This document shows positions 12,831 to 26,300 of a DNA stretch of 64,000 bases, in pieces. Positions within the stretch are counted from its first letter, which is position 1. Each line of letters opens with the position of its first letter. A program made the position numbers and the translations under genes. The notes under the pieces were generated by a model that saw only the letters and a program-made list of their open reading frames with translations, was not told the origin of the DNA and did not search any database. This DNA comes from Eledone cirrhosa (taxonomy: Eukaryota): positions 3,906,001-3,970,000 of the forward strand of contig OZ024761.1 in assembly GCA_964016885.1 (NCBI GenBank), written 5' to 3'.

Positions 12831-12862
<32 letters not shown>

Positions 12863-12981
12863 CCACTGTAAAGTGTTAGTGCCACAAAAAGTACTCAGTC
12901 TACCCTGTAAGGTGGTGGGGCCAAAGTCATGATAAAATGTTTCCAGTAAACACAGTAAAGTGGTTGAATTTAAGAAGGGCA

Positions 12982-13467
12982 TCCAGCTATAGAAACCCAG
13001 CCATAGAACCCCAGCTATAGAACCCCAGCTATAGAACCCCAGCCATAGAACCCCAGCCATAGAAACCCAGCCATAGAAACCCAGCTATAGAACCCTAGCT
13101 ATAGAACCCTAGCTATAGAACCCCAGCCATAGAAACCCAGCTATAGAACCCTAACTATAGAATCCTAGCTATAGAACCCCAGCCATAGAAACCCAGCTAT
13201 AGAACCCCAGCCATAGAAACCCAGCTATAGAACCCTAGCTATAGAACCCTAGCTATAGAACCCCAGCCATAGAAACCCAGCTATAGAACCCCAGCCATAG
13301 AAACCCAGCTATAGAAACCCAGCTATAGAAACCCATAGAAACCCAGCTATAAAACCCTAGCTATAGAACCCCAGCCATATAAACCCAGCCATAGAAACCC
13401 AGCTATAGAACTCCAGCCATAGAGACCCTTAGAACCCCAGCCATAGAAACCCATAGAACCCCAGCCA
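12982..13467. repeat. 13-14-bp minisatellite (ccagctatagaaac) grown from the RTE-like tail motif gggcatccagctatagaaa
   Basis: Directly follows aagaagggcatccagctatagaaa. Confidence 0.9.
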
Positions 13468-13567
13468 GGGTATTATGGGGGGGGGGTATTATGATTGGGG
13501 GGAGTGGAAGGTGAGGGGCGGAGAGAAGATTGGTGCAGCAAATTAGTGTGTCCTTCTGTTTTTACAG

Positions 13568-13736
13568 GCCTGATCCAGATGACAAAACAGGTGAACATTG
13601 TCTCAAACCATTTAACTACCATCAATGTCCAACTTCTGCCCGAGTTACAGACCATCACATACCATAACTACGACCAAATGGTCATGGTTATACAGGATTT
13701 GAATAAGAACTGTCCCGATGTTTTCACCTACACCAG
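13568..13736 (+). CDS. CPD: CPD exon, end of TTL subdomain and start of last CP repeat (YHNYDQM...NKNCPDV)
   Basis: tttacag acceptor, ag|gtgagt donor; YH-Y..M..L....CP motif of M14B N-termini; phases consistent. Confidence 0.9.
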
Positions 13737-15115
13737 GTGAGTCCAATATTTATGGCTGCAGGGCTACCTGTTCACAAATTTCTATTTGTTTTCCCTTTCT
13801 CATTCCTCTCTATTGAAAAATTCACAATTTAACCCTTTACCATTTACATTACTCTATATATACTATTGTATTTTCACAGTAAAGGCTTTACCTTACATAA
13901 TATCTCACATAACATTTACATTACTCTATATATACTATTGTATTTTCACAGTAAAGGCCTTACCTCACATAATATCTCACATAACATTTACATTACTCTA
14001 TACAAGCTGACGTACCCAGCTTCGCCCGGGTAAACAGATGATAAGAGAAGACAGGTAAAAGAGAAAATGACTGTATTCGATGTTTGTCTGGTTACAGTAT
14101 GAGGCGAGTCCGTGGTGTCTGTGTGATACAAAAGACAGTAAAAAAAAATCTTCCAGATATACCAGATTCTTCGTTGTACCGTTTGTGCATAGTATATGAA
14201 CAATGCTAGGTGCTCCCACCTAGAATAGTGACCTCTAGGAGATGGTTCATCTTCTGCCTGACTGTAAAACGTGTATCATTGCATAGACGTGGTTGTTCCA
14301 CATTTCTCAAAAGGATGATGGAAGTTCCAATCTTTTATATTATATGTAGATATAGATATAGATAATTAATATAAAAGATGTCCGTCAATGTAAAAAAGGT
14401 CCCTATTTACTTGAAATGGTTTATACAAATGCCAAATTAATATGGATATGGATAACATGCTTATCTATAAGTGGTCAGCTATAATAATAAAACAACAAAT
14501 TATATGACACAAAAATTTATTCAGTAATTTCCAGGCTCTTAGCCACTGAGTAATAGACAGTCAATGTTGCCCAGAGTTCAACTCGGGGAGGTGGCCTGGT
14601 TTGATCTCCAAATGGCGGATCCTTCTACTTCGAAAATAGAATCGTTTTTCAATATTACTCTAGTCCTGGCCGGCCATAGGATCCAACCTTTTTGCCAGAC
14701 TCAGCATATGATGAGGTTTTATTACCACCGCTATCAGAAACGATAAATTTGAAGGCAATTTCTACCAATACTTGTTGGTTTTTATTGCTCATTATCGACA
14801 ATAAATGACATTGAACAGAAATGATAACTCTGTCAAAGCTCACAATACTGATCAAAGGACACCAATGTCTGAATCATTTACGTCGAATATTCATAGCAGT
14901 GAAGGCAATTTCTACCAATACTTGTTGGTATTTATTGCGCAACATAGCAATGAAAGCAATTTTTACCAATACTTGTTTGTTTTTATTGCTCATAACGACA
15001 TTAAATGACATTGAACATAAATTATATCTCTGTCAAAGCTCACAATACTGATCAAAGGACACCAATGTCCGAATCATTTACGTCGCTTATTGATAGCATT
15101 AATGATATGCATACA

Positions 15116-18100
15116 TCAGCTCAAACCTTCATTATAGACAATATTCAGGGTTGTTCCTCTGTTAGTGGTATCAATTGCAAATTTTATACCATCAGGATCG
15201 CATACTCGAGATGCAGCAACATACAGTTGCCCATGGCTGAATGCTGGATCATTCAAGTAAACACCGACTCGCTTGAAAGTCTGTCCCTGTGCTTTGTTGA
15301 CAGTCATGGAGAAGGCCAAATTGACGGGAAACTGTCTCCTTTGCCAAATGAATGGCAGCAGATCTTCACTTGGTCTCAGCATGATCCTCGGAATGAGAAC
15401 CGATTCCTCTCTGCCTGGGAGTTTAGCTTCTAAAACTCTTCCGTTAATCAATTTCTCAACAATCAATCATTGCAAAGACCCATTTTATGATTGATATTTC
15501 TAAGCAATATAATCGGCATACCCTTTTTCAACATCAAAATATGTGGGGGAAATCCGGGTATTTGAAGTGAATTCAGATACTCAGTTGGAACATCCATATT
15601 GTTCTGCTGATTAAGCTCCATTGCATCCGCACTGACGGTCAACCATTCCTCTCCAGAAAACATTCCGGCTACTTGTGAATTTATTTCATTGACCGTTGCA
15701 TTCGTATGAGTTAGAATAACGCGTTCCAATATCCAGGAGATATTCTGCCAAAAAGCATTCAAATTAAGGAACACCCAGTCAATCAATGCTTGGCAGTTCA
15801 GTGGCATGACCAAATGGTCTGGGATTCTTACAGTCTGATTATCACCAACGTGTGGCAATTCATCGTTTCCCAACTGCTACAACCATAGGCCGTATGTCTC
15901 AGCCTCTTCGTTTTGCCCAAATATACAAAGTCGCCTATTATTGTGTAATCGCAAAACTCTGAAATGGCGCCACAACGGGGACTTTTTCAGACATGCATCG
16001 ACAATTTGCGCTCTTTGAGCATTCCTAACAATTGGTAACACTTGTCTGAAATCGCCACCAAGAACTATAGTCTTACCACCGAATGGCAGGTCACTACCGC
16101 AGATATCTCTCAAATGTTCTGTCCAATGCTTCCAGCAAATATCTGTGTGCCATTGGAGCCTCGTCCCAAATAATCAGAGACGTATTGCGTATAAGGCCCA
16201 CAAGTTCACTTTGTCCTGTAATGTTACAGACACTCAACTCATCCGGAGCCAATGGAGCCTTGAAGCATGAGTGGAAGGTCCTTCCACCACTCAGCAAAGT
16301 GGCAGCGGTCCCACTGGTGGCCACAGGGAGAGCAATCTTCCTCTAGCTCTGACTGCCGATAACATAGTGTTGAAACAGAACGTCTTTCCGGTGCCTCCTG
16401 GAGCATCTATGAAAGCACAAAGTTGCTCATTAGTGGAAATCGAGTGGAGAACGCCATCAACCAATTCTCTCTGAGATTGGGTCAACATTGGTATATGTTC
16501 ATCCACAATACGTTGCTGTTCCAGTGGATCAAACTGGAATAGTTCCCTCCGATCGAGTGGCAACCGTCTAAGCTGCAATCTCATGTTCAATGCTAAGACA
16601 CGATGCCGCATTTCTTCCTCAGGAATTGGCAAATTGAAATCTGTTAAACATTTGAAATGAACTTCAAGCAGTTGCTCAATATTGAGCAAAACAATAGCTT
16701 TCATCAAATTTTCATCATCGACCTGAAGATGATGCCGAAAATCATCAGCCATAATTCCCCAATGGCGTTCAAATAACTTTCTTGGATCGGCAGGATTGCA
16801 GAATCCTAGAATCGTGACAAACAACTGCCTTATTTGAGTTGGCATCTGTGTTGTTCCTGCAGCTTCCATGGCGTTATTCCATTCAGCGTCATCCTGAAGG
16901 AGTCCCAGATGCTGACACACAGCCTGGTATGTTTCATATTCCACGCCATTGATTGTTTTCAAATCAGCGAAGCTCTATTTACCTCTCGAAAAATCATTAT
17001 GCAACAGAATTCGGAGATAAAACACATCACCAGATGCTGGATGGACATTACAAACCCGTCCAATAGTCATGAATCTCAACTTTTGTTTTCTATCATTCCA
17101 TTTCTTTCCCTTCTTTTCCCACGTATAGTGCGAAGGGAAATCGCAGTAGAGTTGCCATTAATCCAGGTTCAAAGCATGTTCCCTATTATGCTTGAACCAC
17201 TCAGTCAATTCTGCCTTAGGGGGTGGTGCGTTAGCAATTCTTTCGACACATCTTCTAGTGTCCTGAAAACAGACCATTTGCCTATTCTCTAAGTGAACCG
17301 TCAGTTTCTGAACGCTGGGTTTGCGTTCATTGAGATCAAAATCGAACAATCTCCAGCAAGCTTCGCTAGATCCAATCGAGCGAACATCCTGGAACCTGCC
17401 AACTTCATCTCCTTGGTTCGCTTCCTCATTCCTGACATTGATCATTGCCCGATCATGACCTTTGTAAACATATTTGAATAGATAGTTGCAAGCTTTACCG
17501 ACCTTACCCAATTACACCTCTCCAAGGCGATGACACACGACCGTGACCTCTGGCGTCACGCAGTAATACAGAGTACCCGACCTCCCATGGGTACAAGCTG
17601 AAGCATAAGACAATATGCCCCCACACCCTCCCACTGCAAGGTGGTCGTGGAGGTGCCAAGGCAAAAAAGCACCCAGCCCACACTGTAAAGTGGACGTGTA
17701 GGCCCTACGAAAAAGCACCCAGCACTCACTGTAAATGAGGTTGGTGTTAGGAAGGGCATCCAGCTGTAGAAATCAAGCCAAATCAGTTCCTGTATGAGCA
17801 ACGCATAGTCAGCCGACCAGACACTGCCCACAACAGGACAACCCGTCTAACCCATGCTAGCGTGCAAGAACGGATGTAAAATGGTGATGATGATGATGAT
17901 GAAGCTTTCACTGACCTACAAATTTCCACATTAATATGACAACGATATTTCATAATCAAATATGGATTGTATGGCACAACCCATTGATTTGTAACCTGTC
18001 GACCGTTTACATTTTCGACCAAACCGCCATCGGCAAGCGACCGTCTTCTGTATGAGGGATGAGCATCCCCATCGTTCCAGGAAGTGTTTTGTGACAAAAG

Positions 18101-19700
18101 ATTTCGGAAATTGCTTACTGCATTGGCCATTTTTCATGCAAGGCGCTTTCCGATTTGCCACTCCGCATTAGTTGTGCACCATTAACTTTGCAACCAAGTT
18201 GCGTAGTACCTCATTCTCCGGCAGTTCAGCACACACAATGCTGTCGACATCCTCAGCACATCTCAATTTGCAATCTCTATGTAAAATGATCAGCAAATGT
18301 GCATGTGGCAATCCTCTTTTTTGGAATTCAATTACGTATGTAAAAGCAACTATACCTCCAAAGATTCCCTCTTTTTCCACATCATTCAGATATCCTTTGA
18401 ATACTCTTGCCACAATATCAGTATGGTCCTTTGGCTGTTGTCCTGGCAAAAGTGCATCCTTAATATCAGTCCATTCAGGATTGCATGTAACCATTATAAA
18501 CAAATCTGGCTTTCCAAACTTTCTGACAATAGCCATTGCATCCTGATAGCAAATGTTCATATATCTCAGGCCGCCGATGAACGACGATGGCAAAATGATG
18601 CGTCGACCAATTTGCTTGTAATTGGCATCATCGGCTGTTATCGCATCCTGTATATTATTATACAATTCAGCTCTGATATGTTGCTGATGTGTAGCTATAT
18701 AATTTAGCCTTTGATTTTCGATCTTTGCGAATGCCATACAACAGTATTCCTGGAACAATCTGCTTGAAATAGTGCATTTCTCTGTTGATTCCTCTCGTTC
18801 AAATGGAATGCGTAAAAGTCGCGAATCGAATTATTGTGTCTATTGCCGCCTCCCTGTTGATGCTGATTCTCATGATCATCTAAATGAACAGACATGTTCC
18901 ATCCATTTTCACCTGTTGGGAATAAAAGAACATAATGCAATTGATCGTATGCTCTATTTGACTCATTGATAGTCTTGAGACCACCATCTCTGCGATTGAG
19001 GACGATATCTCTCGATCCAGGCTTATCGTCCATCAACACAGCAACCTTACTAAATCCTTCAGGGGCATTATATCGCCGTTCATGTTGATTCCTTGGCACT
19101 GCGTCAGCCTTAATTACCAATGTTTGCTGCTGAACATTTTTTAGTTCAGCCACCAACATGAAATCCATAACATAAGGATTACACTGTCTAAGCCATGATT
19201 GCAAATCATGGATCAAATCACTTAACTTTTGCCGTTCAAGTTCAGTTATATTTCCCGGCAACTTCATCCAACCGATCCTGATATCCTCCTCCGATTCACT
19301 ATAATCTGGATTGTTAACGTAAATTTGAGCGAATCGAGGCCTCTCTCCTGGGGTAACTTCTAAATTACCGATACAATGATACAAACGGCCTTGAATGACT
19401 ACATTCGGTTGCCATGCTCCACTCTCAAACATCTCACTAACTCTCTGCGATGCTAAAGCTAATGAATTGTTAATTTGCCACGAATATTTGCGCAGTAATC
19501 TACCTCGGTCTCCTTGATCACCCACATACTTTGTATTTTAAACTCCGGTGACTCCTCATCATCCGGCATTCGCAAGGGTTCTAGTTGAACTGCTCCTTTA
19601 TGACAGCACATTGTGGTCCACGTCTTTTCGTGCCTCCAAAGCAATGCTCCACAATGTGGACACTCTGCTCGTCCACCAATGAAAATGACACGGTTGCCAT
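15116..19700 (-). pseudogene. Helitron Rep (HUH-Y2)/Pif1 helicase pseudogene
   Basis: CPHC..CC Zn finger; Rep motifs FIMVTCNPEW, EFQKRGLPHAH, YLFKYVYKG; helicase motifs DAPGGTGKT, IIWDEAPM, FGGKTIVLGGDFRQVLP, QFPVNLAFSMTVNKAQGQT, HGQLYVAASR; split by frameshifts, stops and a retro-insertion. Confidence 0.95.
17499..17901 (+). mobile_element. 5'-truncated RTE-like tail inserted in the Helitron Rep domain
   Basis: Same sequence as 39335-39725, ending in (gat)n; flanked by the imperfect duplication aagcttt(c)ac(c/t)gacct; splits ...CRSVKA|CNYLFKY. Confidence 0.85.
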
Positions 19701-20917
19701 GATCCATTTTTAATATCATTCGTTTGCCTTCTAGCCTCTTTACTAGAATGAGGAGCACTTTGGCAACACATTCTCTGAACTTCTGTATTGCACTGGCGCT
19801 GTTCAGCCAGCTCCTCTTCATCCATCGCAGCACGCCGTTGCTGCCGAATTCTGGCCATCTGCTGATGATGCTCAGCCAGTTTGTCTTCAACCATCGCAGC
19901 ATGCCATCGCTGCTTAGCTCCAGTGTTTCATTGCCGTTGTTCAGCCAACTCCTCTTCATTCATGGCGCCTCTGAAGTTCGGCGTTCCGATGGCGCTTTTT
20001 GGCCCATTTTTCTTCATTGCTGGCTGCACGCCATCGCCGCTGTAGTTCACTGTTTGATGAAGTCGAATTGCTTTTATTATCAGTATTCATTTCGAGCAAT
20101 TGTCAAAAAATGACACAATAATAAATATAAAAGATGTCCGTCAATGTAAAGAAAGGTCCCTATTTACTCCCTTCACAACTCTGTGTATGTTAGACTGACA
20201 GACAGGCACACAGACAGATAAACTGCGTAGCGATTGTGGAACGCCACACACATGTATAGAAACGCGCACACGCACGCAAACTTACACACGCACACACTCA
20301 CACATGTTGATAGCTTTTACTTTCTGTGGAACGCTGCACGCACGCACACACACATAAACATACGCACACGTACATACACACGCACACATGTTAATAGTTA
20401 TTGCTTTCCTTCCCCTCTTATTTCCACACACATGCCTCTACACTGACACATATACAGTGTATAAAAAATGACACAATAATAAATATAAAAGATGTCCGTC
20501 AATGTAAAGAAAGGTCCCTATTTACTCCCTTCACAACTCTGTGTATGTTAGACTGACAGGCAGGCACACAGACAGATAAACTGCGTAGCGATTGTGGAAC
20601 GCCACACACATACACGCATGGAAACGCGCACACGTACGCAAACTTACACACACTCACACATGTTGATAGTTTTTACTTTCTGTGGAAAGCTGCATGCACG
20701 CACACACACATACACATACGCGCACGTACATACACACGCACACATGTTAATAGTTATTGAACACAGCGTTCACACTCTTCCCTCTCACTCCCTCATATGC
20801 ATATTAATTTCAGTTTGGCGTCGTTGAGGTGCGCGGAGTCGTTTGAAACCTATGAACCAATGATAATCGAGAATTATGACACACAGAATACTGACATTGT
20901 TGAAATTAATATATAGA

Positions 20918-21688
20918 CTAGCTGACGTACCCAGCTTCGCCCGGGTAAACAGATGATAAGAGAAGACAGGTAAAAGAGAAAATGACTGTATTGGATGTTT
21001 GTCTGGTTACAGTATGAGGCAAGTCCGTGGTGTCTGTGTGATACCAAAAACAGTAAAAAAAATCTTCCAGATATACCAGATTCTTCGTTATTCCGAGCAA
21101 TTGTCAAAAAATGACACAATAATAAATATAAAAGAGGGTCCGTCAATGTAAAAAAAGGTCCCTATTTACTCTCTTCACAACTCTGTGTATGTTAGACTGA
21201 CAGACAGGCACACAGACAGACAAACTGCGTGGCGATTGTGGAACGCCTCACGTACACACACATACATGCATAGAAATGCGCACACGCACGCAAACTTTCA
21301 CACGCACCCGTGCACTTACACATACGCACACATTCACATATGTTGATAGTTTTTACTTTCTGTGGAACGCTGCACGCACGCACACACACATAAACATATG
21401 CACACGTACATACACACGCACACATGTTAATAGTTACTGCTTTCCTTCCCCTCTTGTTTCCACACACACACACACATGTCTCTGCACTGACACATATACA
21501 TAGTGTATCCAAACACAGCGTTCACTTTGCCTCTCTCTCTCTCCCCTCTCACTCCCTCATTGGTATTATGCATATTAATTTAAGTTTGGCGTCGTTGAGG
21601 TGGACGGAGTCGTTTGAAACCTATGAACCAATGATAATCGAGAATTATGACACACGGAATACTGACATTGTTGAAATTAATATATATA
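20918..21688 (-). mobile_element. Short non-autonomous Helitron of the same family, in tandem with the long copy
   Basis: 3' hairpin + CTAG at 20918-20921, near-identical to the 14003 end; 5' terminal region matches 20760-20917. Confidence 0.88.
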
Positions 21689-23139
21689 TATACTATTGTA
21701 TTTTCACAGTAAAGGCTTTACCTCATATAATATCTCACATAACATTTACATTACTCTATATATACTATTGTATTTTCACAGTAAAGGCTTTACCTCACAT
21801 AATATCTCACATAACATTTACATTACTCTATATATACTATTGTATTTTCACAGTAAAGGCTTTACCTCACATAATATCTCACAACATTTACATTACTCTA
21901 TATATACTATTGTATTTTCACAGTAAAGGCTTTACCTCACATAATATCTCACAACATTTACATTACTCTATATATACTATTGTATTTTCACAGTAAAGGC
22001 TTTACCTCACATAATATCTCACATAACATTTACATTACTCTATATATACTATTGTATTTTCACAGTAAAGGCTTTACCTCACATAATATCTCACATAACA
22101 TTTACGTTACTCTATATATACTATTGTATTTTCACAGTAAAGGCTTTACCTCACATAATACCTCACATAACATTTACATTACTCTATATATACTATTGTA
22201 TTTTCACAGTAAAGGCTTTACCTCACATAATACCTCACATAACATTTACATTACTCTATATATACTATTGTATTTTCACAGTAAAGGCTTTACCTCACAT
22301 AATATCTCACATAACATTTACATTACTCTATATATACTATTGTATTTTCACAGTAAAGGCTTTACCTCACATAATATCTCACATAACATTTACATTACTC
22401 TATATATACTATTGTATTTTCACAGTAAAGGCTTTACCTCACATAACATTTACATTACCCTATATTCATTATTGTATTTTCATGGTATTGTATTCATTAT
22501 GGTATTTTCATAATTATCTCACATAATATCAAATCTATGAGATTTTAATATAATTTATTTTGAGAACAATACCTTAACATCAGTATGGGTGGCCGGTTAC
22601 AGCCGGTTTGAACAGAAATAGGTGAGAGAATTCTGGCCGGTTATGGCTGGTTTAAATGCTAAAGGGTTAAACCACCATATCCAGCCAGAATTCTCTCACC
22701 TCTTTCTCTTCAAACCGGCTGTATCCGGCCACTCATACTGATGTTTGTTGTATGGTTGTGGTTGTAATAGTGGTGGTGGTGTTGTTAGTGATGGTGGTGG
22801 TAGTGGTGGCGGTAGTGTTGGTGGTGGTGGTGGGAGTGTCGGTGGTGGTGTTGGTAGTGTTGGTGGTGGTGGTTGGTGGTGTTGGTGTTAGTGATGGTGG
22901 TGGTAGTGGTAGTGTTGGTAGTGGTAGTGTTGGTGGTGGTAGTGGTAGTGTTGGTAGAGTTGGTGTTGATGTTGTTGATGTTGTTGATGTTGGTGGTGTT
23001 GGTGTTGTTGATGTTGGTGGTGGTGGTAGTGGTGATGATAATAATGATGGTGGTGGTCGTGGTGGCAGTGATGGTGATGATAATAATGATGATGATGATG
23101 ATGATGATAAGATGTATTTTGTGTTGTTTCATTATGTAG

Positions 23140-23335
23140 TTTAGGGGAGACACCGGAGAAAAGGGAGCTGTTTTTGCTGACCCTGGGGGAACAAAACCCT
23201 AAGAAACGAGAACCAAAAGTGAAACTGTTGTTAGTTGCTAATCTCCATGGTAATGAGGCAGCAGGCAGAGAGATTCTGTTACAACTTTGTCAACATCTTT
23301 GTCAGAATTTTGGTAAAGACTTCTTCGTCACCTCT
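23140..23335 (+). CDS. CPD: CPD exon with HGNE zinc motif (SLGETPEKRELF...LVANLHGNEAAGREILLQLCQHLC)
   Basis: tgtag acceptor in phase 2, gtgagt donor; hallmark 'N-HGNE--GRE-LL' M14B motif. Confidence 0.95.
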
Positions 23336-23349
23336 GTGAGTATCTTTTA

Positions 23350-26300
23350 TCTATGGTACTGTCCCCTTTTCTCTCCCTCACTGTCAACTCTACTGTCACC
23401 AGTAATGTCCCCTTTTCTCTCACTCAATGTAAACCCTACTTTCACCAGTAATGTTCCCTTTTCTCTCCCTCATTGTAAACCCTACTGTCTCCAGTAATGT
23501 CCCATTTTCTCTCCCTCAATGTAAACCCTACTGGCTCCAGTAATGTCCCCTTTTCTCTTCCTCAATCTAAACCCTACTACCTTCAGTAATATCCCCTTTT
23601 CTCTCCCTCAATGTAAACCCTACTATCTCCAGTTTTGTCCCCTTTTATCCCTCAATGTAAATCTTACTGTCTCCAGTAATGTCCCCTTTTCTCTGTCTCA
23701 ATATAAACACTACTATGTCCAGTAATGTCCCCTTTTCCCTCCATCAATGTAAACCTTACTATCTCCAGTAATGTCCCCTTTTCTCCCACTCAATGTAAAC
23801 CCTACTGTCTCCAGTAATGTCCCCTTTTTTCTTACTCAATGTAAACCTACTGTCTCTGGTAATGTCCCCTTTTCTCTCTCTCAATGTAAACCCTACTGTT
23901 ACCAGTAATGTCCCCTTTTCTCTCCCTCAATTTAAACCCAACTGTCTCGAGTACTGTCCCCTTTCTCTCCCTCAATGTAAACCCTACTATCTCCAGTAAT
24001 GTCCCCTTTTCTCTCCCTCAATGTAAACCCTACTATCTCCAGGAATGTCCCCTTTTCTCTCCCTCAATGTAAACCCTACTGGCTCCAGTAATGTCCCCTT
24101 TCTCTCCCTCAATATAAACCCTACTGTCTTCAGTAATGTCCCCTTTTCTCTCCCTCAATGTAAACCCTACTATCTCCAGTAATGTCCCCTTATCTCCCCC
24201 TCAATGTGAACCTTACTCTCGCCAGTAATGTTCCCTTTTCTCTCACTCAATGTAAACCCTACTGTCCCCAATACTGTCCCCTTTTCTCTGACTCATTATA
24301 AACCCTACTGTCTCCAGTAATGTCCCATTTCCACTCCCTCAATGTAAACACTACTATGTCCAGTAATGTCCCCTTTTCTCCACATCAATGTAAACCCTAC
24401 TATCTCCAGTAATGTCCCCTTATCTCCCCCTCAATGTGAACCTTACTCTCCCCAGTACTGTCCCCTTTTCCCTCCGTCAATGTAAACCTGTCTCCAGTAA
24501 TGTCCGCTTTTCTCTCACTCAATGTAAACCCTACTATCTCCAGTACTGTCCCCTTTTCTCTCACTCATTATAAACCCTGCTGTCTCCAGTACTGTCCCCT
24601 TTTCTCTCCCTCAATGTAAACCCTACTCTCTCCAATAATGTCCCCTTTTCTCTTACTCAATGTAAACCCCGCTGTCTCCAGTAATGTCCCCTTTTCTCTT
24701 ACTCAATGTAAACGCTGCTGTCTCCAGTAATGTCCCCCTTCTCTCCCTCAATGTAAACCTTACTGTCTCCAGTAATGTCCCCTTTTCTCTGACTCAATGT
24801 AAACCTTACTGTCTCCAGTAATGTCCGCTTTTCTCTCCCTCAATGTAAACCCTACTCTCTCCAATAATGTCCCCTTTTCTCTTACTCAATGTAAACCCTG
24901 CTGTCTCCAGTAATGTCCCCTTTTCTCTTACTCAATGTAAACCCTGCTGTCTCCAGTAATGACACCCTTCTCTCCCTCAATGTAAACCTTACTGTCTCCA
25001 GTAATGTCCCCTTTTCTCTGACTCAATTGAAACCTTACTGTCTCCAGTAATGTCCCCTTTTCTCTTACTCAATGTAAACCCTGCTGTCTCCAGTAATGTC
25101 CCCTTTTCTCTTACTCAATGTAAACCCTACTGTCACCAGTAATGTCCCTTTTCCCTCCCTCAATGTAAACCCTACTGTCTCCAGTAATGTCCCCTTTCCT
25201 CTCCCTCAATGTAAATCTTACTGTCTCCAGTAATGTCCCCTTTCTCTCCGTCATTGTAAACCCTACTGTCTCCAGTAATGTCCCTTTTTCTCTTACTCAA
25301 TGTAAACCCTGCTGTCTCCAGTAATGTCCCCTTTCTCTCCCTCAATGTAAACCTTACTGTCTCCAGTAATGTCCCCTTTTCTCCCACTCAATATAAACCT
25401 TGCTGTCGTAAGTAATGTCCCCTTTTCTCCCCCTCAATGTAAACCCTACTGTTTCCAGTAATGTCCTCTTTTCTGTGACTCAATGTAAACCCTACTATCT
25501 CCAGTAATGTCCCCTTTTCTCTGACTCAATGTAAACCGTACTGTCTCCAGCAATGTCCCCTTTTCTCTCCCTCAATCTAAACACTACTGTCTCTAGTAAT
25601 GTCCCCTTTTCTCTCCCTCAATGTAAACCCTACTATCTCCAGTAATGTCCCCTTTTCTCTCCCTCAATTTATACCCTACTCTCTCCACTAATATCCCCTT
25701 TTGTCCCACTCAATGTAAACCCTACTGTCACCAGTAATGTCCCCTTTTCTCCCACTCAATGTAAACCCTACTGTCACCAGTAATGTCCCCTTTTCTCCCA
25801 CTCAATGTAAACCCTACTGTCACCAGTAATGTCCCCTTTTCTCCCACTCAATGTAAACCCTACTGTCACCAGCAATGTCCCCTTTTTTCCCACTCAATGT
25901 AAACCCTACTGTCTCCAGTAGTGTCCCCTTTTCTCCCACTCAATGTAAACCCTACTGTCACCAGCAATGTCCCCTTTTCTCCCACTCAATGTAAACCCTA
26001 CTGTCACCAGTAATGTCCCCTTTTCTCCCACTCAATGTAAACCCTACTGTCACCAGTAATGTCCCCTTTTCTCTTACTCAATGTAAACCCTACTGTCACC
26101 AGTAATGTCCCCTTTTCTCCCACTCAATGTAAACCCTACTGTCCCCAATACTGTCCCCTTTTCTCTGACTCATTATAAACCCTACTGTCTCCAGTAATGT
26201 CCCATTTCCACTCCCTCAATGTAAACACTACTATGTCCAGTAATGTCCCCTTTTCTCCACATCAATGTAAACCCTACTATCTCCAGTAATGTCCCCTTAT

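Larger units (their letters stand above)
14003..20917 (-). mobile_element. Helitron (formerly autonomous, decayed RepHel)
   Basis: 5' TCTATATATTAA at 20917; 3' hairpin tacccgggcgaagctgggta followed by CTTG (CTAG variant) at 14003; internal Rep and Pif1 ORF fragments. Confidence 0.92.
13833..22666. mobile_element. piggyBac-like (TTAA) MITE with internal 72-bp satellite, interrupted by Helitrons
   Basis: TTAA|CCCTTTACCATTTA at 13829-13846 and TAAATGCTAAAGGG|TTAA at 22653-22670; 72-bp units on both sides of the nested insertion. Confidence 0.75.

Noticed and set aside
15116-19959. Active Helitron transposase or host PIF1 gene
   Set aside because: Multiple frameshifts, stops and a retro-insertion; bounded by Helitron termini; no introns.
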